A stretch of DNA of 64,000 nucleotides from NCBI GenBank assembly GCA_963736855.1, contig CAVTQK010000009.1, forward strand, positions 32,001 through 96,000. The letters run 5' to 3'. Position 1 is the first letter of the stretch. Each line of letters begins with the position of its first letter. A program made the position numbers and the translations under genes. Below the pieces are notes generated by a model. That model ran no database searches. It was not told where the DNA came from and saw only the letters and a program-made list of their open reading frames with translations. Source of the DNA: an uncultured delta proteobacterium (GTDB lineage Bacteria > Desulfobacterota > Desulfobacteria > Desulfobacterales > UBA2156). Below, piece after piece: positions 41,266 through 51,844 of the stretch.

Positions 41266-43481
41266 CTAAGAGATGAGCGGCTCCATGGAAAGGGCCGGGT
41301 GCCCCTTTTCCTGGAGGAAGGGAAGAATTTCTTCTTCCGTGATTCCCACCGTCTCATCTGCGATCATGTCATAGAGGTTGGGAACTCCCAATTCCTCGCC
41401 TCGTTTCAGGATGCGCTCCTTGATCTCTTCCTTGAGGATCTTGGGCATCCACACCATGCGCAGGAGGCCCCCGTCACCCTTGATGAATTTCCGCTGGGTG
41501 ATGTTGAACTTGGAGTGCCCGACGAACCCCGGGGACGAAGCCCCGCCGCCCATGACGCCCGCCAGGGTGGTGAACTTCATCCCGCACGGCGTTTCCCCGT
41601 TATAGTCCCGGCCCACCGTCATGATGCCGTTACAGGACGGCAGCATGGCGGCGATGCACTCGCAGCATCCGCAGGTGGTCATGGGATCCTTGACCAGGGA
41701 ATAGAAGTTATAGTGATCGATGGCGCCCCTAGATGCCTTTCTGACGAATTCATTGATGCCCTTCCACTGTCCCAGCTCCGGATCCAGGCATTCCCCTTTT
41801 TCGATGGGCTGGTTCGGGCCGGTGGGGTTGATCTCGAAGGAGGCCTTGCAGTCCATCCAGTTGTAAGCGCCGCAAAGACCGGTTCGTTCCGGGCTGACGC
41901 TGCAGACATGGGTGGGGGCGAAGGACTGGCAAAGGGTGCAGGAATAATAAATCTCCTCACCCTCGTCCGTCATGTTCTCCACCCGCTCGTCCCTTATCTT
42001 GTAATCCTGCGCGGGCTCTTTTGGTCAGCGCATCCACATCTTTCTTGTTGGTGTACAGAGTGATCTGCACCTTGTCCAGAATGCTGCCGAAATCCTGGTG
42101 GAACTTGGCATGCAGGACGACCCCGATGTGTTTGAGCCGGAATCCCTTTTCCATGGCGGCCTTGCTGACACGGATCCAGGCGATGTCGCGTTGACCGATG
42201 TGCATGACGCCCTGGATATAGTTGATCAGGTGGTGCATCTGGCGTTCCAGGATCGGCTCAAAGTCTGTCTGCATCTTCCTGCCGGCGATCTGAGCGTAGA
42301 TACCCAAGGGTAGGTTTTCCCCTTCTTTGATCTCATCGAGATCCTTCCCGACCACAATCACTTTCCCGTCTTCGATCTCTTTCATATCCGCCATCTTCGC
42401 CAGCTCGGTTGCCTGGGTCTTGCCGCCGCCCATCTGGCAGAAAAGATCGGCGCCTCGAACCCGTTCGCCCTCATAAGCCGGTCCGAAAGAGCAAGGGATA
42501 TCGATGGTGGAAACCGTGGTCTTGAGTCCACGTACCTCCACCGAGCGCTGGACCATTTCGCTGTGCGGAACATTGGCAACCACATGCTCATAGGTACAGA
42601 TTCCGGTGGGCAGGACCTCCGGAATATCCGTGTCGGCCAGCGTCGGGAATCCCCAGTTGACGGCATCCCGCCGCCGCCGCCGCCCATTCGGCATTCACAT
42701 CGCCCAAGGCGTTGACGAAGGCGAAGATTCGGTTCTTGTTATAAAGCAGCATCCGTTTGTAGTCGCCGGGCTGGATACCGCCGAAGGCCATGGCCGCCCG
42801 GTTGGCAAAACCGAGGGCGAAAATGGCCGAAGAGATATCCGGACCGAAGGGAACGATTCGGGTGTTCCAGCCTACCTGGACACCGGCTTTCAGTAGCTGT
42901 TCGATCAGTGTGGTTCCGTTCTGGTTGGCGGCGCAAAAAATGTAAAGGCTCCGCCGTTGGTATTCTTCCACGATCATCTTGGCGGTTTCAGGATCGGGAG
43001 CCGCACCGACCATGGCGGCAAACCCGGGAGCGGTTCCATCCACAAATTCCACGCCGCGTTTGCGGAATACGGTATCATCGGCGGCGCCCAGCCAGATCTT
43101 GCCTGCAGCCTCGTCGATTTCTTCGGAATGCAGGTAAAAATCCGGTTGTTCCAGGTATCGCAGAGCCTCTTCGATCTCAAAGGCGAACAAGGCCGCCATG
43201 CCGGCGTCCAGAAGGGGCCCCAGGTAGGGTAGGTGGTTATACCCTTTGACATGGGGAGGAAGCAGCTTGCGGGCGAAGTCGAGGGGTTTTTTTATATCTT
43301 CGAGGGTTTCCACCTTCATCCCCAGAAGGGAATAAATGACCGGCAGATAATAAGCCGTATTGGGAAAACCCACCTTGGTGGATGCATCATAGGTCTGCAG
43401 CGCCTTTTTGTATTTTCCTTCGACTTTTGAAACGATATTATAGCCACCTTGAATGGCGGCAAATGCAACGAATCTAGACAT
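41266..43481 (-). CDS. acsB: Acetyl-CoA synthase, split by two +1 frameshifts (~42662, ~42006)
   Basis: FPNTAYYLP, HIGQRD, YSCTLCQSFAPTHVC, PERTGLCGA, PMTTCGCCEC A-cluster motifs spread over three frames. Confidence 0.93.
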
Positions 43482-43531
43482 ACGTTAGATCCTCCTTCGT
43501 TGAGGCTTTTGGTTATGTTCAATCACTTCGA

Positions 43532-45570
43532 TTAGGCAGAAGCTTCCAGTTTCTGACGATCCGCCATATCCATCAGGACGCGGTCCCGGGCCTTGTCGAT
43601 GCCCAGGGCTTTGCGTTTCTTGTCGATATGGGCGATCATCTTCTGGGCATGCTTGATGGGATCGGCTTCCAGATCCCACATCCCGCCGTACATTTTTTCC
43701 ATCTCCTTAAAGAGATAGTTCTGGAATATCGGTGCACCGGTGACCGGCAAAGTGCACGCCGAAGACCGTGTAAACCCCGGAGCTGACAAAATACTGGCCG
43801 ATGCTGATGGCTTTTTCGCTCATCCATTCGGGCGCGCTTCCGGCGGCAGGCAGATCGGAGATGTCTTTCCACGGCCCGCCGGCCTTGACCACTTCGGTGG
43901 CCGCCAGCAGGATCCGGCTGTTGTCCACGCAGGAACCCAGGTGCAGCACCGGCGGGATACCCACGGTCTCGCAGACTTCGTCAAGACCCGGCCCGCAGAA
44001 TACACCGGCGGTTTCCGGTGTCAGGAGTCCTTCCATGGCGCAGGCGATGCCGTTGCATCCGGTGGTCAGCACGATGACGTCATTTTTGATCAGCTCCTTG
44101 ACGATGGCGATGTGCCCCTCGTTGTGACGGGTTCTGGCGTTGTTGCAGCCCACGACACCGGCCACGCCGCGGATGCGTCCGTTGATGATGTTGTCGTTTA
44201 GGGTATAATACGTACCCCGGAAGGTGCCGCCCAGGTGGTATTCGATGGATCTCCACGCCGAAACCCGGCGATCTGGATCGCTTTCTGCTTCGGGATCATG
44301 ACTTCGGTTCCGACGATTCTGGAAGTTGTCGATGGCGATCTTGACGATGCGCTTGGCATCTTCCATGGCATGGTGTTCGTCGAACTCGATGTGAGTGACG
44401 TTGTCCTGTTCCATCCTGGCGATGGGATGGGTGGTGATCAGCTTGGTATGAAAGCACTTGGCCACGTTGGCCAGATTCTGGAAGACACACTGGACGTCCA
44501 CCACCATGGCATCGCACGGCTCCGGTGATGATGGCCAGTTCCTGCTGCAGGAATGTGCCGCAAAGGGGAACCCCGTGGCGCTGCAGGATTTCATTGGCCG
44601 TGCAGCAGATGCCGCCCAGTTGGATTCCCTTGGCGCCCTTGGACTTGGCGTAGTCGAGCATTTCCTTACTCTGGGCCGCCGCCACGATCATCTCAGACAA
44701 CACCGGTTCATGACCGTGGATGATGATGTTGACGTGGTCTGCCTTCAGAACACCCAGGTTCGCTTCGCTCTGGAGCGGATACGGAGTCCCGAAAAGCACG
44801 TCCTGTAGATCGGTGGCCAGCATGGAGCCGCCCCAACCGTCCGCAAGAGATGCCCGAGTGCATTGCTTGACGATGTTCTTGTAATCCTGGTCGACGCCCA
44901 TATGGGTGCGGTGCATGATCTCTACGATTTCCCGATCGATGTTTCGAGGCAGGACCCCGTATTTCTTCCATTTTTCGTAGAGAGGTGCGGGGGCTCGTTT
45001 CAAATACAGCAATTCACCTTCGGGTTTTCCCCACTCTGCCAGGGCCTTTTCCGCCACTTCCAGGGCGATCTCGTCGATGTTGCGGTCCTTGGTCTCCCCA
45101 TCTACCTCGACGGTGGTAGCCACTCCCAGATGCGGGGCTATGGCCAAAAGTTTTTGCGGATCTTTGATTTTATAATCATGGCTTTCTTTCCGCGCCACCG
45201 ACATGAAGACTTCGGCCACGCATCGTCCGTGGTCGCGAGTGTGCCGCGGCACCGGCAGCCACCATGCGGGCGAAGTTGCGGGCGGCGATGGTGTTGGCCG
45301 TAGCACCGCAAAGCCCTTTTCGGGCGTCGTTTTCCGGATCCACGTCCTTGGTGCAGCGGGAGTCGGCAGGGACCCATGGCGCAGTTTTTACAACAGATAC
45401 CCTGGATCCCGATGTTACAAGGCTTCATGCTGACTGCCCGATCAAATACCGTGTCGATCCCCAAGCTCCTGGGCCCGCTTGATCATTTGCTGCGTCGCCG
45501 CATCAATGGATGCTGCAACCGGGTCAGCAAGTTTTTTGATTTTTTCCTTTTCTTTTGTTTCTTCTGCCAT
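43532..45570 (-). CDS. cooS: Ni-dependent CO dehydrogenase catalytic subunit, with multiple +1 frameshifts
   Basis: CCKNCAMGPC, HRTHMGVD, HGHEP, GICCTANE, VGCNN, GSCVDNSR, EWMSEKA in successive frames; AGGAGG RBS. Confidence 0.93.
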
Positions 45571-45648
45571 TAGAGGTTCCTCCTCGTGATTGAAAATCAA
45601 TTTAAAATCTAAAAAAAACGGACCTGATCCTTTGGCACCGTTAGCGCA

Positions 45649-47214
45649 TCAGGAGGCCCTTTTATGGATTCGGTTCAGGAGTCCGATGAGCTTTTCCGGC
45701 ATGGATTTCTGTTCGGCCGCGGCCGTTGCCGGAACCTTCGCCTTTTGCACGGTGGATCGCTGTGCGGAAAGGGCTTCTCTTTCTTTAGCTCGCTGTGCCC
45801 GGATGGCTTCTTCTTGGGCTTCCCTATCGGCTTTGGCTTTGGCCACGGCCTCTGCTTTGCCTTTGGCTTCGGCTTCCGCCTTGGCCTTCGGCTTCCGCTT
45901 CGGCTTTGGCTTTGGCTTCAGCCTCTGCTTTAGCTTTGGCTTCGGCTTCCGCCTTGGCCTTGGCTTCGGCTTCCGCCTTGGCTTTGGCTTCCGCCTTGGC
46001 TTTGGCTTCCATCCTCCGGCGCTGCTGCTTTGGCTTCTGCCATGGGTTTTACCGCTTCCTTTGCAGCGGCTTTCGGCGGAGCCGGTTCGGCTTTTTTAGG
46101 AGCAGCCTTAGGGGCTTCTGCGGCCTTTGGTGCAGCCTTTTTCTGCCGGTGCAGCCTTTTTATCTTTGGCCGTTTCGATGCTCAGGTCCGGTGTTGGAGC
46201 CAACGCTGCGTAATCGATGTCGGCAGCAGGAAGCTTCTTTTGGATGGCAGCGACGTCCTGGGCGGCTCCGCCGTCCATGGCCAAGTCGATGAATGCCTTG
46301 ACCATTCGGATGGCTTCGGGATGACGCATGATTAGAATATCGGATCCGGCCAGAAGATAGCTCACAGCCCCCACGGCTTCCATGAGGATTCCCCGCTTTT
46401 CCGGATCACCGAGTATGGGAGCGCTCTCCGCTGATTCTTTGGCTTCTTTGCATTTCCATACTTCGTTGCCGAGGTTGTTGATGATGGGAAGCTGAAGCTT
46501 GTCGTCACTCTGGGTCAGGGCCGCCATGCGGATCCGTTCCATCACCGAATAGGAATATTCCAGGCCGTAGCCCAGTCCTCCGGTGGTGGGATCGATGACC
46601 ATCTTGTTGGTCGGCACACCCAGGTTTTCAAGCAGGATGTTGACCTGCTTGGCCAGGTTTACGTCGATGGGGGATGAAGAAATCACGGTTTGGCCATATC
46701 CCATGGCTGCTGCACCGATCCCCTTGTGGTTTTTATCTTCCACGGGACCGATGGTGATGTTTTTCCCCTGACATTCTTCAGCCACTTTCTTGAAGACTTC
46801 CTCGTCTTTTTGCAGATTGCCGGAGCCCCAGACGATCAGCGGAACCTTGATGGCTTCACTTACTTTTTTTACCGTCTGGGATGCCTCGGCCGCCCCGGCA
46901 TTATTCCCGTTGGGGTCGGTGCTTTTAAGTTGGAGAACGATCATCTCGGCGCCGAAGGTCTTCACGCATTTTTTTGCCCAGGCCGCCGGGTCCGAAACCA
47001 CATCCTTAAAGTGACAGAGAACGGATTCCGGCCAATCTTCAGGCTTCATATCCCATACTTCCATGGCGACCTTGGGCTTATTGGGCATCTCTCCTTCGAA
47101 CAGGTAGAAGGGATAGCAATTCTGCCCTCCCACTTTCACCGACGCATCGCCTTTGCCGATGGTGATCTCCCTGATCTTGCCGGTGTAACTTTCTTTATAA
47201 AATTCAAAGCCCAA
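45649..47214 (-). CDS. acsD: Corrinoid Fe-S protein small (delta) subunit with long Ala/Lys/Glu-rich C-terminal extension (frameshifted in the tail)
   Basis: TTG start with [46 protein letters not shown]; tail ...[10 protein letters not shown]. Confidence 0.9.
45830..46012 (-). repeat. Degenerate coding tandem repeat (AEAKAK)n
   Basis: Repeated GCGGAAGCCAAAGCCAAG-like units. Confidence 0.85.
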
Positions 47215-47516
47215 TGTTCCCTCCTCATCACAGTGTTAAGAGTTTTCGTTGATGGTATGTCACAATGCCATGAATTGAATGCGTTTTGCGGTTATTCGCC
47301 TCCTTTCTTAAATTGATTTCGATATTCATAAGCCCTTCTGCGGGCGTTGTGCATATTTAAGAGCAGTCAAGATGCGGTGCATTTCGAAAATCCGGTTTCG
47401 ATTGATTTTCTAGCGGTCTAACCAGAACGTTAATTCAAAACATACCTATTATATGTCTCCACTTGACTTGTCAACAGGTTAAACTGTCTGAATGGAATTT
47501 ACTTTTTTTAACAAAT

Positions 47517-49466
47517 TCATCTTATTTTCAATGCCTTTCGTGCCTGCAACCGGGCTTGCAGTTTGGGGAAGCGTTCCAAATTGGTATGGGGTAAAAAAAG
47601 CGCGGCAATGTAGTGATCCATGTATGATGCAGTTTCGCTGAGTTCGAAGTTGGTCATTTTCTGGGTCACCTCCGCAACATCGCGCCGGATGCGATTGGTC
47701 AATGAACTCATCTTGGCCCCCATGAGGGATCCGTTTCCCACATATACCACCCTATCCGGTTCCGTTTCAGGCAACAGGCCGATGGTCATTGCCCTTTCCA
47801 GATCCACATAGCTGCCAAACGCTCCTGCAAGATAAATTCGTTGAATATCGCTGATATTCAAGCCCACTTCTTCTAAAAGGGTCATGCATCCGCTGAACAT
47901 GGCGCCCTTGGCCCGGATGAGATTGTCGATGTCCGGTTCGGAAATGGTAACATCCCGGTCGATCTGGGTTTCGTCTTTAAAAGCCAGCACATACTCCCAA
48001 ATTCCATTGGTCTTCCGAATCCGTGAGGTTTTCAAGTTCCTGTTGAATTTTCCGTCATTGCTGATGATTCCTGTTTCGAAAAGGGTTGCCACCACTGAAA
48101 TTAACCCGGATCCACAGATTCCCTTGGGTCTGACGTTGCCGATGGTGATAACCATGGGTTCCAGGGTGGCGGGATCGATGGAGAAGTCTTCAATGGCCCC
48201 CTTGGTGGCTCTCATGCCGAACTGGATGCCTCCCCCTTCGAAGGCCGGTCCTGCGGAACAGGCGGCACACGCGAGCCAGTCCTTGTTTCCGATGACGATT
48301 TCAGCATTGGTACCGATGTCTATAAAGAGGCACAGTTCTTCCGAACGATACACTCCGGAACCCATGATGCCGGATACGATGTCCCCCCCGACATAACTGG
48401 AGACTGCGGGATAGAAAAGGGCGGTCACGTGGTCGTTGACGGCCATACCCAGGTCCACGGCCCGAATGGGGGGGAACAAGGTGGAAGCCGGAACGTAGGG
48501 AGAGCGCCGGATATATTTGGGGTTGATCTTCAATAAGAGCTGGGTCATTGTCGTGTTTCCGGCCAGGGTAATGGTGGAAACCTCATCAGGATCGATGCGG
48601 GTGTTCCGAAAAAGCTTTTGGATGATCTTGTTGATGGTATCGATGACCACCTGATGTAGCTTTTCAAGCCCTCCGGGTTTTTCCGCATAGACGATCCGGC
48701 TGATCACATCTTCCCCGTAGCTGATCTGGCCGTTGAAATCCCCATACTGTTCAAGGACTTCGCCGGTTTTCAGGTCGATGAGTTGTCCGTAAATCGTCGT
48801 GGTTCCGATGTCCATGGCGATGGCATAGTTATGTGCGGTCGTATCTCCCGCCTGGACGTTGATGATACGGGTCCTACCGTCCTTTTCGCGAACCGGACGG
48901 GCTAAAGTGGCGGTGACCTTGAAATTTCCGTTTCTCAACACATCCGGTATCTTTCTCAGCACCGACAGATCCACCTCCAGACGATGTTCATCGTGGACCA
49001 GCTTTAAAAAACCGAGCAGTCGCATCGTATCCGGCAGGTTGTCCTGGGCCGAAGGCGGTGTCAGTTCAAGATATTTCTTTTCCACCGGAGGGGAAAAAAG
49101 CCCCTTTTCCTTGAGGTCCTCCAGATTCATCTCCCGGATGCGGGCGGTTTTTCGGGGCACGCTCTGGACATTTAGAACACTGGCGTCGATGAAAGATTCC
49201 ACCGGGACCCGGACCACCAAGTCCCCCGTTACAATCGCCTGACAGGCTTGCCGGTATCCTTTGTTAAGGTCTTCCGGGCTCAGTTTCTCGGATATCCCGT
49301 CTTCTACCTGGCCCTGTTCGATGATCACGCGGCATTTGCCGCAGACTCCGGCACCACCGCAGGAGGCATTGATATGAACACCGGCCTCCATGGCCGCCCG
49401 GAGGAGGATCTCTCTGTCCTTGACGCGGATTTCTTTTTGGTGGGGAAGAAAAGAAATTTTATGCAT
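47517..49466 (-). CDS. ASKHA-domain corrinoid reductive activator (RACo/AcsV family) with N-terminal 2Fe-2S domain
   Basis: CGGAGVCGKC...C, DIGTTT, DIGTNAE, AGPAFEG, GICGSG, AGAFG. Confidence 0.92.
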   Translation of the reverse strand: MHKISFLPHQKEIRVKDREILLRAAMEAGVHINASCGGAGVCGKCRVIIEQGQVEDGISEKLSPEDLNKGYRQACQAIVTGDLVVRVPVESFIDASVLNVQSVPRKTARIREMNLEDLKEKGLFSPPVEKKYLELTPPSAQDNLPDTMRLLGFLKLVHDEHRLEVDLSVLRKIPDVLRNGNFKVTATLARPVREKDGRTRIINVQAGDTTAHNYAIAMDIGTTTIYGQLIDLKTGEVLEQYGDFNGQISYGEDVISRIVYAEKPGGLEKLHQVVIDTINKIIQKLFRNTRIDPDEVSTITLAGNTTMTQLLLKINPKYIRRSPYVPASTLFPPIRAVDLGMAVNDHVTALFYPAVSSYVGGDIVSGIMGSGVYRSEELCLFIDIGTNAEIVIGNKDWLACAACSAGPAFEGGGIQFGMRATKGAIEDFSIDPATLEPMVITIGNVRPKGICGSGLISVVATLFETGIISNDGKFNRNLKTSRIRKTNGIWEYVLAFKDETQIDRDVTISEPDIDNLIRAKGAMFSGCMTLLEEVGLNISDIQRIYLAGAFGSYVDLERAMTIGLLPETEPDRVVYVGNGSLMGAKMSSLTNRIRRDVAEVTQKMTNFELSETASYMDHYIAALFLPHTNLERFPKLQARLQARKALKIR

Positions 49467-49515
49467 GGGAATTTTAAGCTCCTTGTTGGATTCATTCATA
49501 TAGGAGACATCAAAG

Positions 49516-51390
49516 TCACTTGGTTTCGTCGAATCGGCAAGTCAGCAACAGAACGTCGCCGTCAAAGGTGGTTTGAACTTTATACGGCAATGATTTGAAT
49601 AGGTTGATCATACTCTTGTTTTGGGGGGACGTGTAGGCGATAAAGCCCGCAATCCCGTTTTCCAGGGCTGTTTCAGCCAGCTTGGCAAACAGGATTTTGC
49701 CCAGGCCCTTTCCCTGGAAATCTTTGCTCACGGAAAAGGCCACTTCCGCAATGTTTTTCTCCGGGTCCAGCAGATATTCCCCGATGCCTACGACCCTCCC
49801 GAACCCGAATTCACCGACCACCGCCACGACGGTCAGGTTATTGATGTAGTCGATTTGGGACAGACCCTCCATTTCATCCCGTTTGAAAGCGGACTTCGCG
49901 TGGAAGAAGCGTAAAACCACGTCATCTTTTTCCAGGGTATAGAAGTGTTCCTGGATCCGCCTTTCATCCACCGGCTTTGCCGGGCGGATGACCACTTCCT
50001 GGTCGTTGATGATACGGGTCTCCTCGAGTTTCAGGGGATAGACGCCCCGGGAAAAGTCGGGCCGCTTTCTCCCGGCATCGAGGAGCCCCATCTTTTTGGC
50101 CTCGAAGAACAGCTCGTCTCTGAAATTCGGGTGGGCGATGCTGATCATGGCCAGGGCCCTTTCCTGGAGGCTTTTTCCTAAAAGATTCACCGCCCCGTAT
50201 TCGGTGATCACGTATTGAACGTCGCCCCGGGGAACCACCACGGCCGTATCCGAAAGAGACGGGACGACGCGGCTTTTCTTTCCGTCTCCGGAGGTTGAAG
50301 TCATCATGAGGATGGATTTTCCCCCTTCAGAAAGGGCCGAACCCCTGATAAAGTCGAGCATTCCGTTGACTCCTGAAAAGTTATTGTAAGGAAGGGCGTC
50401 GGCGGAGACCTGACCGGTGAGATCCATAGCCATGACAACATGCATGGAGACCATTTTGTGGTGCCGGGCGATGATCGTCGGGTCGTTGACGTAATCGGAA
50501 GGCTGAAATTCGATTGCCGGATTGTCATTTAAAAATTCATAGAGATTTTCCGATCCCATAGCGCTGCTGGCCACCAGTTTTCCCTCGTTGAACCCCTTTT
50601 TTCGGTTGGTGATAACCCCCGTGGAGAACAAGTGTTGAACGTCGTCGGTAATGAATCGAGAGTGCACACCGAGGTCGTTTTTCTGGGAAAGACCCAATAA
50701 GTTGGCCTGGTGGGTGGTGCCTATGCTGATATTAATGGTCGAACCATCGTCGATGAGGCGGGCGACCTGCCTGCCGATGATATTTGCCGACTCGAGTTCG
50801 GGCTGGGGACCGAGGGTCAGGAGGTTTTCATCGTATTCCACGAACACATCCACGTCGTTGACGTGAAGGAAGCTTCTTCCCAAAACCCTGGGCATTTTGG
50901 AATTGATCTGGGCGATGACGAGGTCGGCGGAAGTGGCCGCTGCAAGGGTGATGTCCACGGAGACGCCGAGGCTCATCCACCCGAAATCGTCCGGGGGGGT
51001 CGTTTGGATCAGGGCCACGTGGATGGGCATCCTCCGGGTTTTAAAGAGCCGGGGGATGGCGGATAGGTTGATGGGGGTTAAAAAACGTTTGTTTCTCTCA
51101 ATAGCTTTCGCCTTGGCTGATCCCAGATAGAACGATCGGATGTTCAGACTCTGGCCATGACTCTTGGTGGCGATCAAACTCAAGGGGACGCTTTCCATAC
51201 TGAAAAGTCGGACGATTTCGATATCCGGAAAGCGCGTGAATTCCTCCGCCAGCAATCGGACCAGGTGCTGGGGCTCCCCGCCGCAGGAAGAAATGAAAAC
51301 TCTTTGTCCCGGCCGGATCATCCGGATGGCATCCCGGCCTGAACGCCGGTTTAGTACATACTTGTCGGCCCAATAGGCTCTTGTCGGCAT
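49516..51390 (-). CDS. Acetyl-CoA hydrolase/transferase-like domain fused to a C-terminal GNAT acetyltransferase
   Basis: PPDDFGWMSLGVSVD, TEYGAVNL.GKSLQERALAMISIAHP; AEVAFSV..DFQGKGLG acetyl-CoA binding motif. Confidence 0.9.
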   Translation of the reverse strand: MPTRAYWADKYVLNRRSGRDAIRMIRPGQRVFISSCGGEPQHLVRLLAEEFTRFPDIEIVRLFSMESVPLSLIATKSHGQSLNIRSFYLGSAKAKAIERNKRFLTPINLSAIPRLFKTRRMPIHVALIQTTPPDDFGWMSLGVSVDITLAAATSADLVIAQINSKMPRVLGRSFLHVNDVDVFVEYDENLLTLGPQPELESANIIGRQVARLIDDGSTINISIGTTHQANLLGLSQKNDLGVHSRFITDDVQHLFSTGVITNRKKGFNEGKLVASSAMGSENLYEFLNDNPAIEFQPSDYVNDPTIIARHHKMVSMHVVMAMDLTGQVSADALPYNNFSGVNGMLDFIRGSALSEGGKSILMMTSTSGDGKKSRVVPSLSDTAVVVPRGDVQYVITEYGAVNLLGKSLQERALAMISIAHPNFRDELFFEAKKMGLLDAGRKRPDFSRGVYPLKLEETRIINDQEVVIRPAKPVDERRIQEHFYTLEKDDVVLRFFHAKSAFKRDEMEGLSQIDYINNLTVVAVVGEFGFGRVVGIGEYLLDPEKNIAEVAFSVSKDFQGKGLGKILFAKLAETALENGIAGFIAYTSPQNKSMINLFKSLPYKVQTTFDGDVLLLTCRFDETK

Positions 51391-51844
51391 GTTTGGATTC
51401 CCTGGGGTTAAGGGTTATTAAAAAGGCATGGGATCAATTCATGCACCTTGGCCCTGAAGGGTTTCTTCGTATCCTAAACTGACTTCAGGATCAAGCATTA
51501 TAGGTTTCCCTTTTTTTTGAAATCGCATCGAAGGTTTCAGTGTTTCACCGACAAAAGCAAGCTTATGTTAAAATGAAAAGAATAGGCGATGCCAGTCTTG
51601 AAAACTGTTTTGCACGGACTCAATGGGATGAACCGGTGGACTGGAAAAGGGTGCTCGAATCATTCCGTTGACCCGATTCTTGACCTGTATGCGGAAAGGA
51701 CCATCCTGGGGTCCAGGAGGCTAAAGCCTTCCCGTCGACCTGATCTTGGACAGCGCTTCTTCATGAGTGATGTGGAAATAAAAAAAGCATTCTTGAAGGT
51801 CAGTCTGCCGGAGTTCCATGGATAAAGGGGATGGTCGAATCGGA

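Noticed and set aside
41266..45570. Programmed frameshifting or selenocysteine recoding in acsB and cooS
   Set aside because: The breaks are scattered +1 insertions with no slippery sequences and no in-frame TGA at Cys positions
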